Source: a bacterium
Lineage (GTDB): Bacteria > Hinthialibacterota > Hinthialibacteria > Hinthialibacterales > Hinthialibacteraceae
Length of the DNA stretch: 64,000 nt
NCBI GenBank assembly: GCA_963662285.2
Contig: CAXXMV010000008.1
Location: 1,280,001-1,344,000 of the forward strand
Direction: 5' to 3'
This document shows, piece after piece, positions 36,726-48,279 of the stretch (position 1 is its first letter; each line of letters begins with the position of its first letter). The position numbers and the translations under genes were made by a program. The notes below the pieces were generated by a model. That model made no database searches. It was not told where the DNA came from and worked only from the letters and a program-made list of their open reading frames with translations.

Positions 36726-37697
36726 CTATGCATCAACAGTTAGCTTATGATTATTTTCGGATACGGCTTGCCAGCTGAGAACTGAGCCTAGAATAAGAAC
36801 TGCGCAACCCAGCCATAAACTCCATCCCGGCGCCACAGCAAGATAGAATGAAGTCACAATAGTGGAAAAAAGGGGCGTTAGGTAAGAACCTGCTGCTACC
36901 AGTACAACATTGCCTTGCCTCATGGCGCCGTCCCACAGACCATAAGCCAGATAGGTAGAGCATCCCAGGAAGACTGCTTCAATCATTGCTTGAGTATTCC
37001 ATTGGCGCGGTTCATCTACAAAGCAACAGATGAGAATGAGGACAATGGCTGTTACTGGCAAAAAGATTGCTACTGCGCCGGTATTCTGTTCACCAGCGAA
37101 CTTGTTGGTAAGAGTGGAATACAAAGCCCAAGATATAGCGGCGAGGATTGCTAAGGAGTATGCCAGGGGATTGCCGCCATAGTTATGAGCGAAGGACTGC
37201 CACGATACATTGGCCCCTTGAGATATCACCAGAAAAACGCCGCTGAGCGCCAACAGCGTTCCGGGAATTAGAATCCAGCTGGCTTTTTTGCCCAGAATCA
37301 CCAGGGATAGCAAGATGGTTAATGCGGGCCACAGATAATTCAGCAGCCCTATCTCCAGAGTCTGTTCATGATTTGCGGCCAGACCGACTGCCAGAAAGAG
37401 AAGCAGCATGTAACTTACAAATAGAGAACCGCAGACGACCAGGTATTGCGTCGGCAGTTGTCGAATTTGCTTTCTCTTTCGGCTGCGCAACAGAAGTTCA
37501 ACCACCGCTGCAACAGCTGCAATGCTATACACCGCCGCTGAAGCAGTCACCGCGCCCAGAGATTCGGAGAGGCTGCGGGCAATGGCCACAGTTGTACTCC
37601 ACAACAGAATTGCGGCGAAACCTTTGGCTGTTGCGAGATGCCGTTTTTGGGTTACATCCATATTATTACAAATATCCAAGTTTCTGGTTGATATCAT
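36726..37697 (-). CDS. yddG: DMT-family aromatic amino acid exporter
   Basis: AILLWSTTVAIARSLSESLG, NYLWP, SYLTP; about 10 TM. Confidence 0.8.
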   Translation of the reverse strand: MISTRNLDICNNMDVTQKRHLATAKGFAAILLWSTTVAIARSLSESLGAVTASAAVYSIAAVAAVVELLLRSRKRKQIRQLPTQYLVVCGSLFVSYMLLLFLAVGLAANHEQTLEIGLLNYLWPALTILLSLVILGKKASWILIPGTLLALSGVFLVISQGANVSWQSFAHNYGGNPLAYSLAILAAISWALYSTLTNKFAGEQNTGAVAIFLPVTAIVLILICCFVDEPRQWNTQAMIEAVFLGCSTYLAYGLWDGAMRQGNVVLVAAGSYLTPLFSTIVTSFYLAVAPGWSLWLGCAVLILGSVLSWQAVSENNHKLTVDA

Positions 37698-37709
37698 GCA
37701 TAGCGCAAT

Positions 37710-38027
37710 TCAGCCCTGCATTTTGATCATAGCGTCGATCTCTTTGTTGATGCAGTCGCAGGCTATATCACAGATTTTTATCACCATTTTATTAGAAATG
37801 CGGTAATATATCTTAGTTCCATCTCGTCGGCTGCTGACCAGACCGGCTTTTGCCAATGCGTTGAGATTAGCCGAAGCGGTTCCCGGTTTCATATCCAGCA
37901 TCTCAGCGATATTACCTACGCTTCGCTCGCAATCTTTAAGTATATGTAGTATCTTAAGCCGTATCGGTTCAGACATCGCTTTGAAGCGTTGGGCGATGAT
38001 CTGCATCTTTTCATCATTGATCTGCAT
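37710..38027 (-). CDS. ArsR/SmtB-family regulator
   Basis: FKAMSEPIRLKIL...GLVSSRRDGTKIYY; several Cys; divergent from the RND operon. Confidence 0.92.
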   Translation of the reverse strand: MQINDEKMQIIAQRFKAMSEPIRLKILHILKDCERSVGNIAEMLDMKPGTASANLNALAKAGLVSSRRDGTKIYYRISNKMVIKICDIACDCINKEIDAMIKMQG

Positions 38028-38139
38028 TGGACTGTCCTTTTGTTACATCATCACTTGACTTTCTACTATACTATAGTACGATAGAATTATAGCAAGTCAA
38101 GTGATGACAATTATCGTCAAATATATTGGGAGCGGAAAC

Positions 38140-39204
38140 ATGAACATTATCAAGAATCTTATCATTATAATCGCCGGATTAGCTATATTGATCGGCCTGC
38201 TGTTATGGATGCAAGGGGCTTTCGTTGCTGACCGCATCGATCCTGGTTTGGATAAAGCAAACGAGATGAATATTGATAATATTCAGACAGTAACCGCCAG
38301 TTACAGAACTATGGAACAGACGGCTGATGCGGTGGGATCGATCCAATCGCGCAGCACAACCAATTTCGCCAGTAAGATTCTGGCCACTATTCTGACAGTT
38401 AATGTCCGTCCCGGAGACGCTGTCAAGCAAGGCGATTTGCTGATTACGCTCGATGACCGAGACCTGCGTTCGCGTATGCAGCAGTCCCGCAACGCTCTGG
38501 AGGCGGCGCAGGCGGCGTATGATAAAACAGTACGCGACCGCAAGCGCTTTGAAGCGCTGCTTAAGACCGATGACGTGACCCAGAACGCTTTTGATGAATC
38601 GGTCAGCGCTGAACATATCGCTCAAGCCAAATTGCAGCAGGCTCAAGGGCAGGTGCGCGAAACCGAAGTTATGCTTTCGTACGCCAAAATATATGCTCCT
38701 ACGGGTGGAACCATTATAGAGAAATTCTGCGATCCAGGCGACCTGGCCTCACCGGGCAAAGCATTGCTCATGATGTACGATCCAAACAACCTGCGGGTTG
38801 AAGCGGCGGTCAGAGAACAATTATCAGGACGGTTGAAGATAGGGCAGAAACTTGCAGTGAATCTTGATGTTGTCAATAAAGAGATGACGGGGACGGTTGA
38901 AGAGATCGTGCCGTCATCCGATATCGCCAGCCGCTCAGTTATGGTCAAAGTCGCCATCACCCGCGAAGAAGGCTTATTTCCCGGCATGTTCGCCAGAATC
39001 AAAATTCCACTTGATCCGGTTAAATTTCTGGTAATTCCTCAGAAGACGGTTCGCCTGGTTGGTCAATTGGAACTGGTTTCGGTCAAGAAAGATCAACGAA
39101 TCGTATCGCGGGCCGTGCGAACCGGTCGATTGTGGAATGATGACATCGAAATCTTATCCGGCATCTCAGAAGGCGACGAAATCGTAATCCATGAGGGGGC
39201 TTAA
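38140..39204 (+). CDS. RND efflux periplasmic adaptor subunit
   Basis: GDAVKQGDLLITLD, IYAPTGG, PGMFAR. Confidence 0.92.
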   Translation: MNIIKNLIIIIAGLAILIGLLLWMQGAFVADRIDPGLDKANEMNIDNIQTVTASYRTMEQTADAVGSIQSRSTTNFASKILATILTVNVRPGDAVKQGDLLITLDDRDLRSRMQQSRNALEAAQAAYDKTVRDRKRFEALLKTDDVTQNAFDESVSAEHIAQAKLQQAQGQVRETEVMLSYAKIYAPTGGTIIEKFCDPGDLASPGKALLMMYDPNNLRVEAAVREQLSGRLKIGQKLAVNLDVVNKEMTGTVEEIVPSSDIASRSVMVKVAITREEGLFPGMFARIKIPLDPVKFLVIPQKTVRLVGQLELVSVKKDQRIVSRAVRTGRLWNDDIEILSGISEGDEIVIHEGA

Positions 39205-39205
39205 C

Positions 39206-42200
39206 ATGATGGAAAAAATCAAACTCTCTCCCTTCAGTAAAATTGTCGAGGTTTTTCTCGATTCAAATTTATCGATTATTCTGATTATCCTGGCATTTCT
39301 GGCTGGCGGGGCGGCCTTATTAATAACTCCCCGCGAAGAAGAGCCGCAAATCGTGGTGCCTTTCGCCGATGTGTATGTATCGGTTCCCGGCGCATCAGCC
39401 GAAGAAGTTGAGCGCCTGGTTTCCACGAGGCTGGAAAAACTGTTATGGCAGATTGATGGCGTAGAGCATGTATATTCCACATCGCGTACAGGTCAGGCCA
39501 TTGTTACGGTGCGCTTCTATGTGGGCGAAGACCGCGAGCGCAGTCTGGTTAAGTTATATAACAAGATCGATTCAAACATCGATAATGTTCCGGCGCCGGT
39601 ATCGGGTTGGATAGTAAAACCTATCGAGATCGATGACACCACCATCTTGAACCTGGCGCTTTATAGCGACGATGCGGATGAATACACCCTACGGCGCGTG
39701 GCCGAAGAGGTGATCGACCGCCTGCAAAGCGTCAAGAACACCGGGCATACCTTTATTGTGGGAGGACTGGCCCGAAGCGTCCGGGTTGAATTCGACCGGG
39801 AACGTTTGCAGGCGCATTCCCTGGGAGCGATAGAAATTATCGAGAGCATCAAGGCGGCCAACGTCAATATCCCTGCTGGTGAGATTGAACGTAATAATGT
39901 GGAAATACTCATCGAAGGGGGCAGCGTCTTTTCTTCGGTGGAAGAACTGAAGCATCTGGTGGTCGGAGTGTTTCGCTCGCAGCCGGTGCACTTGAGCGAT
40001 GTGGCTGAAATTATTGACGGGCCAGCCGAGCGAACCAGCTATACAAGACTCGGTTTCGGTCCCGCCGCCCATCATAAGGTTGCGGATGACGCCAAGTATG
40101 ACAAAAGCGTCTCTTCAGTCACCTTAGCTATCGCCAAGAAAAAAGATTCCAATGCGGTATGGGTGGTTGATGAAGTGCTGGAACGACTGGAATCCATACG
40201 CAAACAGGTGATTCCAGATAATGTTCATGTCCTTATAACCCGTAATAATGGAGAAACCGCCGACGAAAAAGTCAATGAGTTGGTAGAAGGTCTGATAGTT
40301 GCAATCATCACTGTTATCGCGCTGATTACATTCGTGCTGGGATGGCGCGAGGGTTTAATCATCGCTTTCGCTGTACCAATTACTTTTGGCCTGGCTCTGT
40401 TTTTCAATATGCTGCTGGGTTACTCCATCAACCGGGTGACGCTCTTCGCCTTGACTTTGTCATTGGGGCTGGTGGTGGATGATCCCATCGTTGATGTGGA
40501 GAACATCTACCGTCATTTCACCATGAAACTACGCAATGCGCGCGACTCGGTGTTGTATGCGGTCGATGAAGTCAGGCCGCCGATCATACTGGCGACGCTG
40601 GCGGTCATCATCTCGTTTTTACCCATGTTTTTCATCACGGGAATGATGGGGCCATACATGGCGCCTATGGCGCTCAATGTTCCACTGGCCATGTTGATGT
40701 CCCTGCTGGTGGCTTTCACCATTACGCCCTGGATGACCTACCATGTTTTCAAGGGCAAGTTTGATAGCGCCCAGGAAGAAGAGTTCGATCTAAAAAAGAG
40801 TCTGGTATATAAAGTATACCGTCCTCTGGTTCAACCTTTCCTTAAATCTAAAGTTTTGTCTTATAGCCTGATACTGGTGATTGTGTTATTGATGGCCGGT
40901 TCGAGTCTCATGGCGGTGTATGGCCTGATTCCATTGAAGATGCTGCCCTTCGATAACAAGAATGAACTACAGGTTCTGATTGATATGCCGGAAGGAACCA
41001 CCCTGGAAGAGACCGATTCGGTAGTTCGGGAAATTGAAGATTTTCTCAGGCGGGTTCCAGAGATTACCGATTTTCAATCCTATGTAGGCACGCCATCACC
41101 CATAGATTTCAACGGTATGGTGCGGCATTACTATTTCCGCAAAGGAAGCAATCTGGCTGATATCAGGTTGAACCTGGCCGATAAGGATTACCGTAAGCAA
41201 CAAAGCCATTCCATCGGCCTTCGCCTGCGTAACGATCTGGACGCTATCGGCAGGAAAAACAACGCCATTGTTAAAATCGTCGAAGCGCCGCCCGGACCAC
41301 CTGTTATTGCAACCGTTGTGGCCGAAATTTATGGCGCCCCTGACAAGTCGTATGAAGAGATCATCGCGGCGGCCAATATAGTCAAGCAGAAAATGAAAAC
41401 CATCCATGCCATGGTTGAAGTGGATGATTATGTAGAAGCGCCTCAGAGCAAACTGGTTTTTGAAGTTGATCGTCAAAAAGCAGCCCTCAACGGCATTACC
41501 TCCGAACAGATTGCTAAAACCCTGGAGTTAGCCTCTGGAGGAGTGAGCGCAGGCGTTATTCATGTCTCCTCAGAGAGAAATCCTTTGATCATTGAATTGC
41601 GCCTTCCCATCGAAGAGCGCTCCAGTTCAGCTGATTTAAGGCGTCTGGCGGTCAAAGGCGATTCGGGACAATTTATCCAGATCGCCGAATTGGGCAGGTT
41701 CGTAGAAAAAGAACTGGATGTATCCATTTATCATAAAAACCTTGAACCAGTGGTCTATGTGATGTCTGAAATGGCGGGTCGCGCTCCAGCCGAAGCCATC
41801 TTTGAACTGCAAGCTTATTTCAAAGAAAATCCGTTGCCGGAAGGTTTCAACATCAACTGGTCGGGCGAAGGGGAATGGGAAATAACCATCCGCGTCTTCC
41901 GCGACCTGGGTCTGGCCTTCGCGGCGGCCATGATCGGCATCTATATTCTGCTGATTATCGAAACCGGATCATTCTTTATGCCATTGGTGATTATGATTGC
42001 TATCCCATTGACGGTTATCGGAATAATGCCTGGATTTTATATTCTCAATCTATTGACCAACAATCCGGTCGGCGGGTTTGAAGATCCGACATTCTTTACC
42101 GCCACAGCCATGATTGGAATGATCGCACTAGCTGGCATCGTGGTCAGAAATTCCATAATACTTATTGATTTTATCCATAAATCAGTCAAAGAAGGCAAAC

Positions 42201-42430
42201 CGCTGGAGGATGCATTGATCGAATCCGGCGCGGTGCGTTTCCGCCCTATTCTGATCACTGCGGGGACGACCATGCTTGGCAACTGGGTTATTACTCTCGA
42301 CCCGATTTTCAGTGGATTGGCCTGGTCGATTATATTTGGAATATTCGCCTCGACCGCCTTTACGCTGGTGGCTATACCCGTGATTTACAATTTGATTTTT
42401 GCTAAAAAACAAGATATAACGGAGGCTTAA
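39206..42430 (+). CDS. RND efflux permease (AcrB family)
   Basis: PREEEPQI, GLVVDDPIVDVENI, GIVVRNSIIL, RFRPI. Confidence 0.95.
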   Translation: MMEKIKLSPFSKIVEVFLDSNLSIILIILAFLAGGAALLITPREEEPQIVVPFADVYVSVPGASAEEVERLVSTRLEKLLWQIDGVEHVYSTSRTGQAIVTVRFYVGEDRERSLVKLYNKIDSNIDNVPAPVSGWIVKPIEIDDTTILNLALYSDDADEYTLRRVAEEVIDRLQSVKNTGHTFIVGGLARSVRVEFDRERLQAHSLGAIEIIESIKAANVNIPAGEIERNNVEILIEGGSVFSSVEELKHLVVGVFRSQPVHLSDVAEIIDGPAERTSYTRLGFGPAAHHKVADDAKYDKSVSSVTLAIAKKKDSNAVWVVDEVLERLESIRKQVIPDNVHVLITRNNGETADEKVNELVEGLIVAIITVIALITFVLGWREGLIIAFAVPITFGLALFFNMLLGYSINRVTLFALTLSLGLVVDDPIVDVENIYRHFTMKLRNARDSVLYAVDEVRPPIILATLAVIISFLPMFFITGMMGPYMAPMALNVPLAMLMSLLVAFTITPWMTYHVFKGKFDSAQEEEFDLKKSLVYKVYRPLVQPFLKSKVLSYSLILVIVLLMAGSSLMAVYGLIPLKMLPFDNKNELQVLIDMPEGTTLEETDSVVREIEDFLRRVPEITDFQSYVGTPSPIDFNGMVRHYYFRKGSNLADIRLNLADKDYRKQQSHSIGLRLRNDLDAIGRKNNAIVKIVEAPPGPPVIATVVAEIYGAPDKSYEEIIAAANIVKQKMKTIHAMVEVDDYVEAPQSKLVFEVDRQKAALNGITSEQIAKTLELASGGVSAGVIHVSSERNPLIIELRLPIEERSSSADLRRLAVKGDSGQFIQIAELGRFVEKELDVSIYHKNLEPVVYVMSEMAGRAPAEAIFELQAYFKENPLPEGFNINWSGEGEWEITIRVFRDLGLAFAAAMIGIYILLIIETGSFFMPLVIMIAIPLTVIGIMPGFYILNLLTNNPVGGFEDPTFFTATAMIGMIALAGIVVRNSIILIDFIHKSVKEGKPLEDALIESGAVRFRPILITAGTTMLGNWVITLDPIFSGLAWSIIFGIFASTAFTLVAIPVIYNLIFAKKQDITEA

Positions 42431-42432
42431 TC

Positions 42433-42654
42433 ATGAACATAGAACGAATTGTTAGAATTGTGGCCGGCTCATTTGTATTGCTAAGCGTATCCCTGGGATT
42501 GCTGCATAGCCCGTGGTGGTTCGCATTTACCGCATTTGTCGGCTTTAATCTTGCCCAATCAGGATTTACGCAGTTCTGCCCGTTGGAAATTATTCTCAAA
42601 AAAGCAGGAATGAAATCCTGCACCTGCATTAAGGAGGCTGATAATGCTGAATGA
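42433..42654 (+). CDS. DUF2892 (YgaP-like) membrane protein
   Basis: ERIVRIVAG...FVGFNLAQSGFTQFCP. Confidence 0.9.
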   Translation: MNIERIVRIVAGSFVLLSVSLGLLHSPWWFAFTAFVGFNLAQSGFTQFCPLEIILKKAGMKSCTCIKEADNAE

Positions 42655-42808
42655 TCTTTTATTCCTTATAATCGTACTGGGGTTTTGGTATGCGCTAATG
42701 AGATATATATTACCTGCATTAGGAATTTCAACTTGTATGACTGGAGCATGCCAATCCAAACGCTCTAATCGTGACAACGAACATTCAGATGGAGCTAAAA
42801 ATGAATAG
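42644..42808 (+). CDS. Small membrane protein (54 aa, not in the ORF track) with a C-x4-C motif
   Basis: AGGAGG RBS; MLNDLLFLIIVLGFWYALMRYILPALGISTCMTGAC...; overlaps both neighbours. Confidence 0.75.
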   Translation: MLNDLLFLIIVLGFWYALMRYILPALGISTCMTGACQSKRSNRDNEHSDGAKNE

Positions 42809-44480
42809 AAAAATTATCATTATTGGTGGAGTTGCTGCGGGTACTAAAAGCGCGGCAAAAGCCCGGCGGCAAGACCCTAATGCAGACATAACCATATATA
42901 CCGATGAAGAATTCATCTCCTACGCTGGTTGTGGTCAACCATACTATATTGGCGGCAGTATCCTGATTAAGGATAATCTGTTAGCCAGAACGCCCGAACA
43001 ATTTGAACAATTAACCAATATTAAAATTCGGGTGAAACATCAAGTTACAAGCATCAAGACATCATCGAAGACGCTAGATATAGTTGATCTCAACACGAAT
43101 GAATCGCATAGCGTTGTTTATGACGCCCTGGTCATCGCAACGGGGGCTTCACCGATTATTCCTCCACTACCCGGCGTTGATCTACCAGGAGTATACGCCG
43201 TACGCACTATTCCAGATGCAGAAGAGATGCGTAATTTATTTGATTCAGGTAAAACCAAGAATATTGTAATAGTCGGCGGTGGTTATATCGGGTTGGAAAT
43301 GGTTGAGAATCTGGCGGAACGCAATCTCAATGTAACCGTAGTTGAAAGAGAAGATCAACTTGCGCCGCTATTCGATAAAGATGTAGCCGGACATATCAGA
43401 AATACGCTGCTGCCCAAACATGTCACCATTATGACTGGCAAGTCGTTGGAAGCAATCAATGGAACTGCTGAAGATGGCGTCCAGTCTGTCGTCATAGCAG
43501 GCAAAACGCTTAAAACCGATATGGTGATTCTATCTATCGGCGTTCGTCCCAATGTCAAACTGGCGCAAGATGCGGGAATCGAACTGGGCGTAACCGGCGC
43601 CATTAAAGTTAATCAAAAGATGGAAACCAGCGCTCCTGATGTTTATGCCGCTGGCGATTGCGTTGAAACTATCAATCTGGTAACCGGAAAACCGGCCTGG
43701 ATTCCCCTGGGATCAACCGCCAACAAACAAGGTCGCGTGGTAGGCATCAATATAACCGGCGGCGACGCCAAATTTCCTGGCGTCTATGGTACGGGGATTT
43801 TTCGCATATTCGACTTAAATGTTTCTAAAACAGGTCTTTCCGAGAAAGAAGCTAATAAAGAAGGCATCGATTATGAAGCAGTGGTTATCGCGGCAGATGA
43901 TAAACCGCACTATATGTCTGGCCTGCAAAAGGTGATAGTGAAACTGCTCGCAGAACGTTCCACGCGACGTTTGATCGGCGCTGAAGTTTGGGGACGCGGC
44001 AACGTCGACAAAGTAATTGATGCTATTGCCACGGCTCTTCATTTCAAAGCTACGGTTGAGGATGCTATGCAACTCGATTTGGCTTATGCTCCACCTTATG
44101 CTCCGGCAATGGGTAATCTCATAACTGCCGCAAACGTATTGCAAAATAAGTTGGATGGAAATACCAAGGGCATCCTGCCTACGGAAGTGCAAGAGAAAGT
44201 AGACCGGGGCGATGATTTCATGATGATTGACGTGCGTCCTCCAGAGATGCGGGCGCAGATATGTCTCGAGGAATGCGTCAATATACCTATGGGACAACTC
44301 GTACAAAGACTGGATGAAATCCCCAAAGATAAAGAGATCATTACATCATGCATGATTGGTTTGAATGCGGCGCAAGCCTATCGCGTTCTCCGTGATCATG
44401 GTTTTGAGAATGTGAAATATATGGATGGCGGTCTTATCGCCTGGCCAGACCCGATTCCTTGTCCGATCAAGCAACAATAA
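42801..44480 (+). CDS. CoA-disulfide/persulfide reductase with rhodanese domain
   Basis: GGVAAG, SYAGCG, GGGYIG, YAAGDC, LAYAPPY; C-terminal DVR...C...DGG. Confidence 0.9.
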   Translation: MNRKIIIIGGVAAGTKSAAKARRQDPNADITIYTDEEFISYAGCGQPYYIGGSILIKDNLLARTPEQFEQLTNIKIRVKHQVTSIKTSSKTLDIVDLNTNESHSVVYDALVIATGASPIIPPLPGVDLPGVYAVRTIPDAEEMRNLFDSGKTKNIVIVGGGYIGLEMVENLAERNLNVTVVEREDQLAPLFDKDVAGHIRNTLLPKHVTIMTGKSLEAINGTAEDGVQSVVIAGKTLKTDMVILSIGVRPNVKLAQDAGIELGVTGAIKVNQKMETSAPDVYAAGDCVETINLVTGKPAWIPLGSTANKQGRVVGINITGGDAKFPGVYGTGIFRIFDLNVSKTGLSEKEANKEGIDYEAVVIAADDKPHYMSGLQKVIVKLLAERSTRRLIGAEVWGRGNVDKVIDAIATALHFKATVEDAMQLDLAYAPPYAPAMGNLITAANVLQNKLDGNTKGILPTEVQEKVDRGDDFMMIDVRPPEMRAQICLEECVNIPMGQLVQRLDEIPKDKEIITSCMIGLNAAQAYRVLRDHGFENVKYMDGGLIAWPDPIPCPIKQQ

Positions 44481-44518
44481 CTTTCTAATTATTTATTACC
44501 ATAAAACAACAATAAACC

Positions 44519-44556
44519 AAGAAAGCGCAGATAATCCACTCTGCGCTTTCTTATTT
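44519..44556 (+). terminator. Intrinsic terminator
   Basis: AAGAAAGCGCAGA-TAATCCAC-TCTGCGCTTTCTT followed by T-rich sequence. Confidence 0.7.
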
Positions 44557-44703
44557 GTAAACAATTCAAAAACTCAAATCAACTTGCAGTTGAATGATTC
44601 ATGCATCTGTTGAATGAAACAATTTCACCTTGGAAACGTTCAGAGGGCAACTATAATTCAGTTTATGATATATCAAGATTCAAGATGAAAGGAATTACGA
44701 TTT

Positions 44704-47700
44704 ATGTCCCGATCCACTGTTTCGCTCCAGGAGATTTTACAAGAGAAGATCATGATTGTTGATGGAGCGATGGGAACCTCTCTGCAACAATGCGATTTGA
44801 CGCCTAAAGACTTTGGCGGCACGGAATTAGACGGCTGCAATGAGAATCTGGTTATTACCAGACCAGAAGTGATAACCAAAATCCATAGAGATTATCTGGA
44901 AGCTGGCGCCGACATTATTGAAACCAACACTTTCGGATCTACCCGCATTGTCTTGTCTGAATACGGCCTGGAAGATAAAGGCTATGTTTTAAATAAAACC
45001 GCTGCAGAACTGGCGCGTAAAGTTGCCGATGAGTTTTCTACGTCTGATAAGCCGCGTTTTGTGGCCGGATCGATGGGACCAACCACCAAAAGCATCACCG
45101 TTACCGGCGGAGTCACTTTCCCTGACTTGGTTGATAATTTCTACCATCAAGCTAAAGCGCTTATTGATGGGGGAATCGACCTCTTCCTGATGGAAACATC
45201 GCAGGATACCCGAAATGTCAAAGCAGGTATTCTGGGAATTCAAAAAGCCCAGCAGGAATCGGGAACCTCTTTACCACTCTCCATCAGCGGAACCATAGAA
45301 CCAATGGGCGCTATGCTGGCCGGGCAGGATGTGGAATCGCTTTACGCCTCCATTGAACACGCCAATCCATTATCCATAGGCATCAACTGCGCCACTGGGC
45401 CATCATTTATGACCGATCATATCCGCTCGCTGTCGGATATAGCCGAATGTTACATCAGTTGCATCCCCAACGCCGGGCTGCCTGATGAAGAGGGCCACTA
45501 TAACGAAACTCCTGAAATGATCGCCGCCGTCCTTGAAGGTTTCGTCGACCAGGGGTGGATCAATATTTTGGGCGGGTGCTGTGGAACTACGCCGGAATAT
45601 ATCAAGGTCATGTCGCAGATGGCTCAAGGCAAGACTCCACGCCGTCCCAAGCCGCAATCTCGCTGGCATGTTTCTGGCATCGACTACCTGGAATTCACCG
45701 ATGACAACCGACCCATAATCGTAGGCGAGCGAACCAATGTTATCGGCAGCCGGAAATTCAAACGGCTTATTACTGAAGAGAAGTATGAGGAAGCCTCCGA
45801 AATTGGCCGCAAGCAGGTGCGCACTGGGGCACAGATTATTGATGTATGCCTGGCCAACCCGGATCGTGAAGAAAATATTGACATGGAACGATTTCTGGAG
45901 TTTCTGATCAAAAAGGTTAAAGCGCCTTTAATGATCGATTCGACGGATAAAGAAGTGGTCGAACTGGGGCTTCAGTATTCTCAGGGTAAATCAATCATAA
46001 ATTCGGTTAACCTGGAGGATGGCGAAGAACGTTTTGCGGAGATTGTTCCACTGGCCAGGAAATACGGCGCCGCACTTGTGGTTGGCTGTATCGATAATGA
46101 TCCAGATCAGGGCATGGGTTTAACGGTTGAACGTAAACTGGATATCGCCCGGCGCTCGTATGATCTGTTGACGAATAAGTTTGGCTTCCCCGCGCGTGAT
46201 ATCATATTCGATCCCCTGGTTTTCCCCTGCGCTACGGGTGACGAGAATTACATCGGATCCGCTGCGCAGACCATCAACGGCCTGACTGCCATTAAGCAGG
46301 AAATGCCATTAGTGCGAACTATTTTAGGAGTCAGCAACATCTCCTTCGGCCTTCCTCCAGCTGGCCGTGAAGTGCTTAACGCGGTGTTCCTTTATCATTG
46401 CACCAAAGCCGGTCTTGATTTAGCCATCGTCAATCCGGAAAAATTGCACCGCTACGCTTCTATCCCCGATCAGGAAAAAAAGATGGCGGACGATCTATTG
46501 TTTAATCGTGGAGAAAATCCAATTGCCGTATTTGCTGCATTCTATAAAGATAAAAAAATTCAAAAGAAGGAAAAACCCAAAGAGAATCTAACCATTGAAG
46601 AATTTCTGGCCTTGGCAGTGGTTGAGGGCAGCAAAGATGGATTGACCAATGCGCTTGATGAGGCAATGAAGAAATATCCTCCTCTGGAAGTGATTAACGG
46701 ACCCCTGATGAAGGGTATGGATGAAGTTGGCCGTTTATTCGGCAATAATGAATTGATTGTCGCTGAAGTACTGCAAAGCGCTGAGGTTATGAAAACCGCC
46801 GTCGATTATCTGGAAAAATTCATGAATCAGGCCGATGTAAATATCAAAGGCGTTATTGTATTGGCGACTGTCAAAGGCGACGTCCACGACATCGGTAAAA
46901 ACCTGGTTGAAATCATCTTCAGCAACAACGGATACAAGATCATTAATCTCGGCATCAAGGCGCCGCCTGAATTAATCATTAAGGCATGTAAGGAACATAA
47001 TCCTGATATGATCGGTCTTAGCGGATTATTGGTAAAATCGGCGCAACAAATGACTATCACTGCGCATGATTTACGCTCAGCTGAAATACATATCCCTATT
47101 ATGGTGGGCGGAGCGGCATTATCGAACCGTTTCACCCGCTTGAAGATCGCACCTCAATATGATGGATTAGTCGCCTATGCCAAAGACGCCATGAACGGTC
47201 TCGACTTGACCAATCAACTGATGGATGATCAGTTGCGTCCCCAGATGGAAAAACATATTCAGGAAATGACCGAAAAACTTACGGTTCTATCCAATGAAAA
47301 AAATGATCGCTCATCCAAACGTACCTTGAAGGAGGATAGGATTGTCATCATGGATGACGTCGATATTCCTGCTCCTCCGGATTACAAAGTTCATGTTCTT
47401 GATAATACTCCACTGGATGAAATTTTCCCTTACATTAATTTGCAGACTCTTTACGGTAAACACTTGGGCCTCAAAGGAAACGCCAAACGCCTGTTTGAGT
47501 CGGCAGATGAAAAGGCCTGCTCTTTAAGAGAAACCGTTACCCATATTCAGGATGAAATAATCGAGAACAAAATTATCGAACCGCGCGCCATTTTCCAATT
47601 CTTACCTGTTAAACGGGATGGTGATGCAATAGTCATATATGATTCGATGTATAAATCTGAACGGCAGCGTTTCGTGTTCCCCCGCCAGAAGAGCGGCGAT

Positions 47701-48228
47701 GGATTGTGTCTATCCGACTTCGTTTCTCAAAATCGCAAAGATTATATAGCCATGTTCGTTACAACATGCGGCGGATCGAAAATGCTGCAATCCTCTGAGA
47801 AATATAAGGAGAAGGGTGAATACCTTAAATCGCATACCATCCAGGCTCTGGCGATTGAATGCGCTGAAGCGTTAGCTGAACTACTGCATAAAAAAATCCG
47901 TGATATGTGGTGTATAGCTGATCCTCCGGAAATTACCTTTAAGGAGATTTTGCATGCCAAATACCGAGGCATCCGAGTCAGTCCGGGGTATCCTTCCTGC
48001 CCACGGCTGGAAGATCAGGAACTGCTTTTCAATCTACTGGAAGTGGAAAAACACATTGGAGTATCCATCACCGAGAACTATATGATGGAACCGGAAGCCT
48101 CGGTATCGGCTATTGTGTTCCATCATCCACAAGCCAACTATTTTACCGTCAATGAAAATGATCTGGCAGATTTTGAAGAACAAATGCATGGGTGCCAAGG
48201 GCAAGACCGCAGTGCGGTCAGCCCTTGA
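44704..48228 (+). CDS. metH: Cobalamin-dependent methionine synthase
   Basis: [30 protein letters not shown], activation domain. Confidence 0.98.
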   Translation: MSRSTVSLQEILQEKIMIVDGAMGTSLQQCDLTPKDFGGTELDGCNENLVITRPEVITKIHRDYLEAGADIIETNTFGSTRIVLSEYGLEDKGYVLNKTAAELARKVADEFSTSDKPRFVAGSMGPTTKSITVTGGVTFPDLVDNFYHQAKALIDGGIDLFLMETSQDTRNVKAGILGIQKAQQESGTSLPLSISGTIEPMGAMLAGQDVESLYASIEHANPLSIGINCATGPSFMTDHIRSLSDIAECYISCIPNAGLPDEEGHYNETPEMIAAVLEGFVDQGWINILGGCCGTTPEYIKVMSQMAQGKTPRRPKPQSRWHVSGIDYLEFTDDNRPIIVGERTNVIGSRKFKRLITEEKYEEASEIGRKQVRTGAQIIDVCLANPDREENIDMERFLEFLIKKVKAPLMIDSTDKEVVELGLQYSQGKSIINSVNLEDGEERFAEIVPLARKYGAALVVGCIDNDPDQGMGLTVERKLDIARRSYDLLTNKFGFPARDIIFDPLVFPCATGDENYIGSAAQTINGLTAIKQEMPLVRTILGVSNISFGLPPAGREVLNAVFLYHCTKAGLDLAIVNPEKLHRYASIPDQEKKMADDLLFNRGENPIAVFAAFYKDKKIQKKEKPKENLTIEEFLALAVVEGSKDGLTNALDEAMKKYPPLEVINGPLMKGMDEVGRLFGNNELIVAEVLQSAEVMKTAVDYLEKFMNQADVNIKGVIVLATVKGDVHDIGKNLVEIIFSNNGYKIINLGIKAPPELIIKACKEHNPDMIGLSGLLVKSAQQMTITAHDLRSAEIHIPIMVGGAALSNRFTRLKIAPQYDGLVAYAKDAMNGLDLTNQLMDDQLRPQMEKHIQEMTEKLTVLSNEKNDRSSKRTLKEDRIVIMDDVDIPAPPDYKVHVLDNTPLDEIFPYINLQTLYGKHLGLKGNAKRLFESADEKACSLRETVTHIQDEIIENKIIEPRAIFQFLPVKRDGDAIVIYDSMYKSERQRFVFPRQKSGDGLCLSDFVSQNRKDYIAMFVTTCGGSKMLQSSEKYKEKGEYLKSHTIQALAIECAEALAELLHKKIRDMWCIADPPEITFKEILHAKYRGIRVSPGYPSCPRLEDQELLFNLLEVEKHIGVSITENYMMEPEASVSAIVFHHPQANYFTVNENDLADFEEQMHGCQGQDRSAVSP

Positions 48229-48279
48229 TCGAACCACCAACGATATAGCGAAATTGAAGACGCACGGGCGGATTAATAA

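Noticed and set aside
44557-44703. Cobalamin or SAM riboswitch upstream of metH
   Set aside because: No B12-box or SAM consensus recognisable; only an upstream terminator.
48195-48230. Palindrome CAAGGGC..GACCGCA-G-TGCGGTC.GCCCTTG at the metH 3' end
   Set aside because: Single copy in the window; most simply a terminator or REP-like scar.
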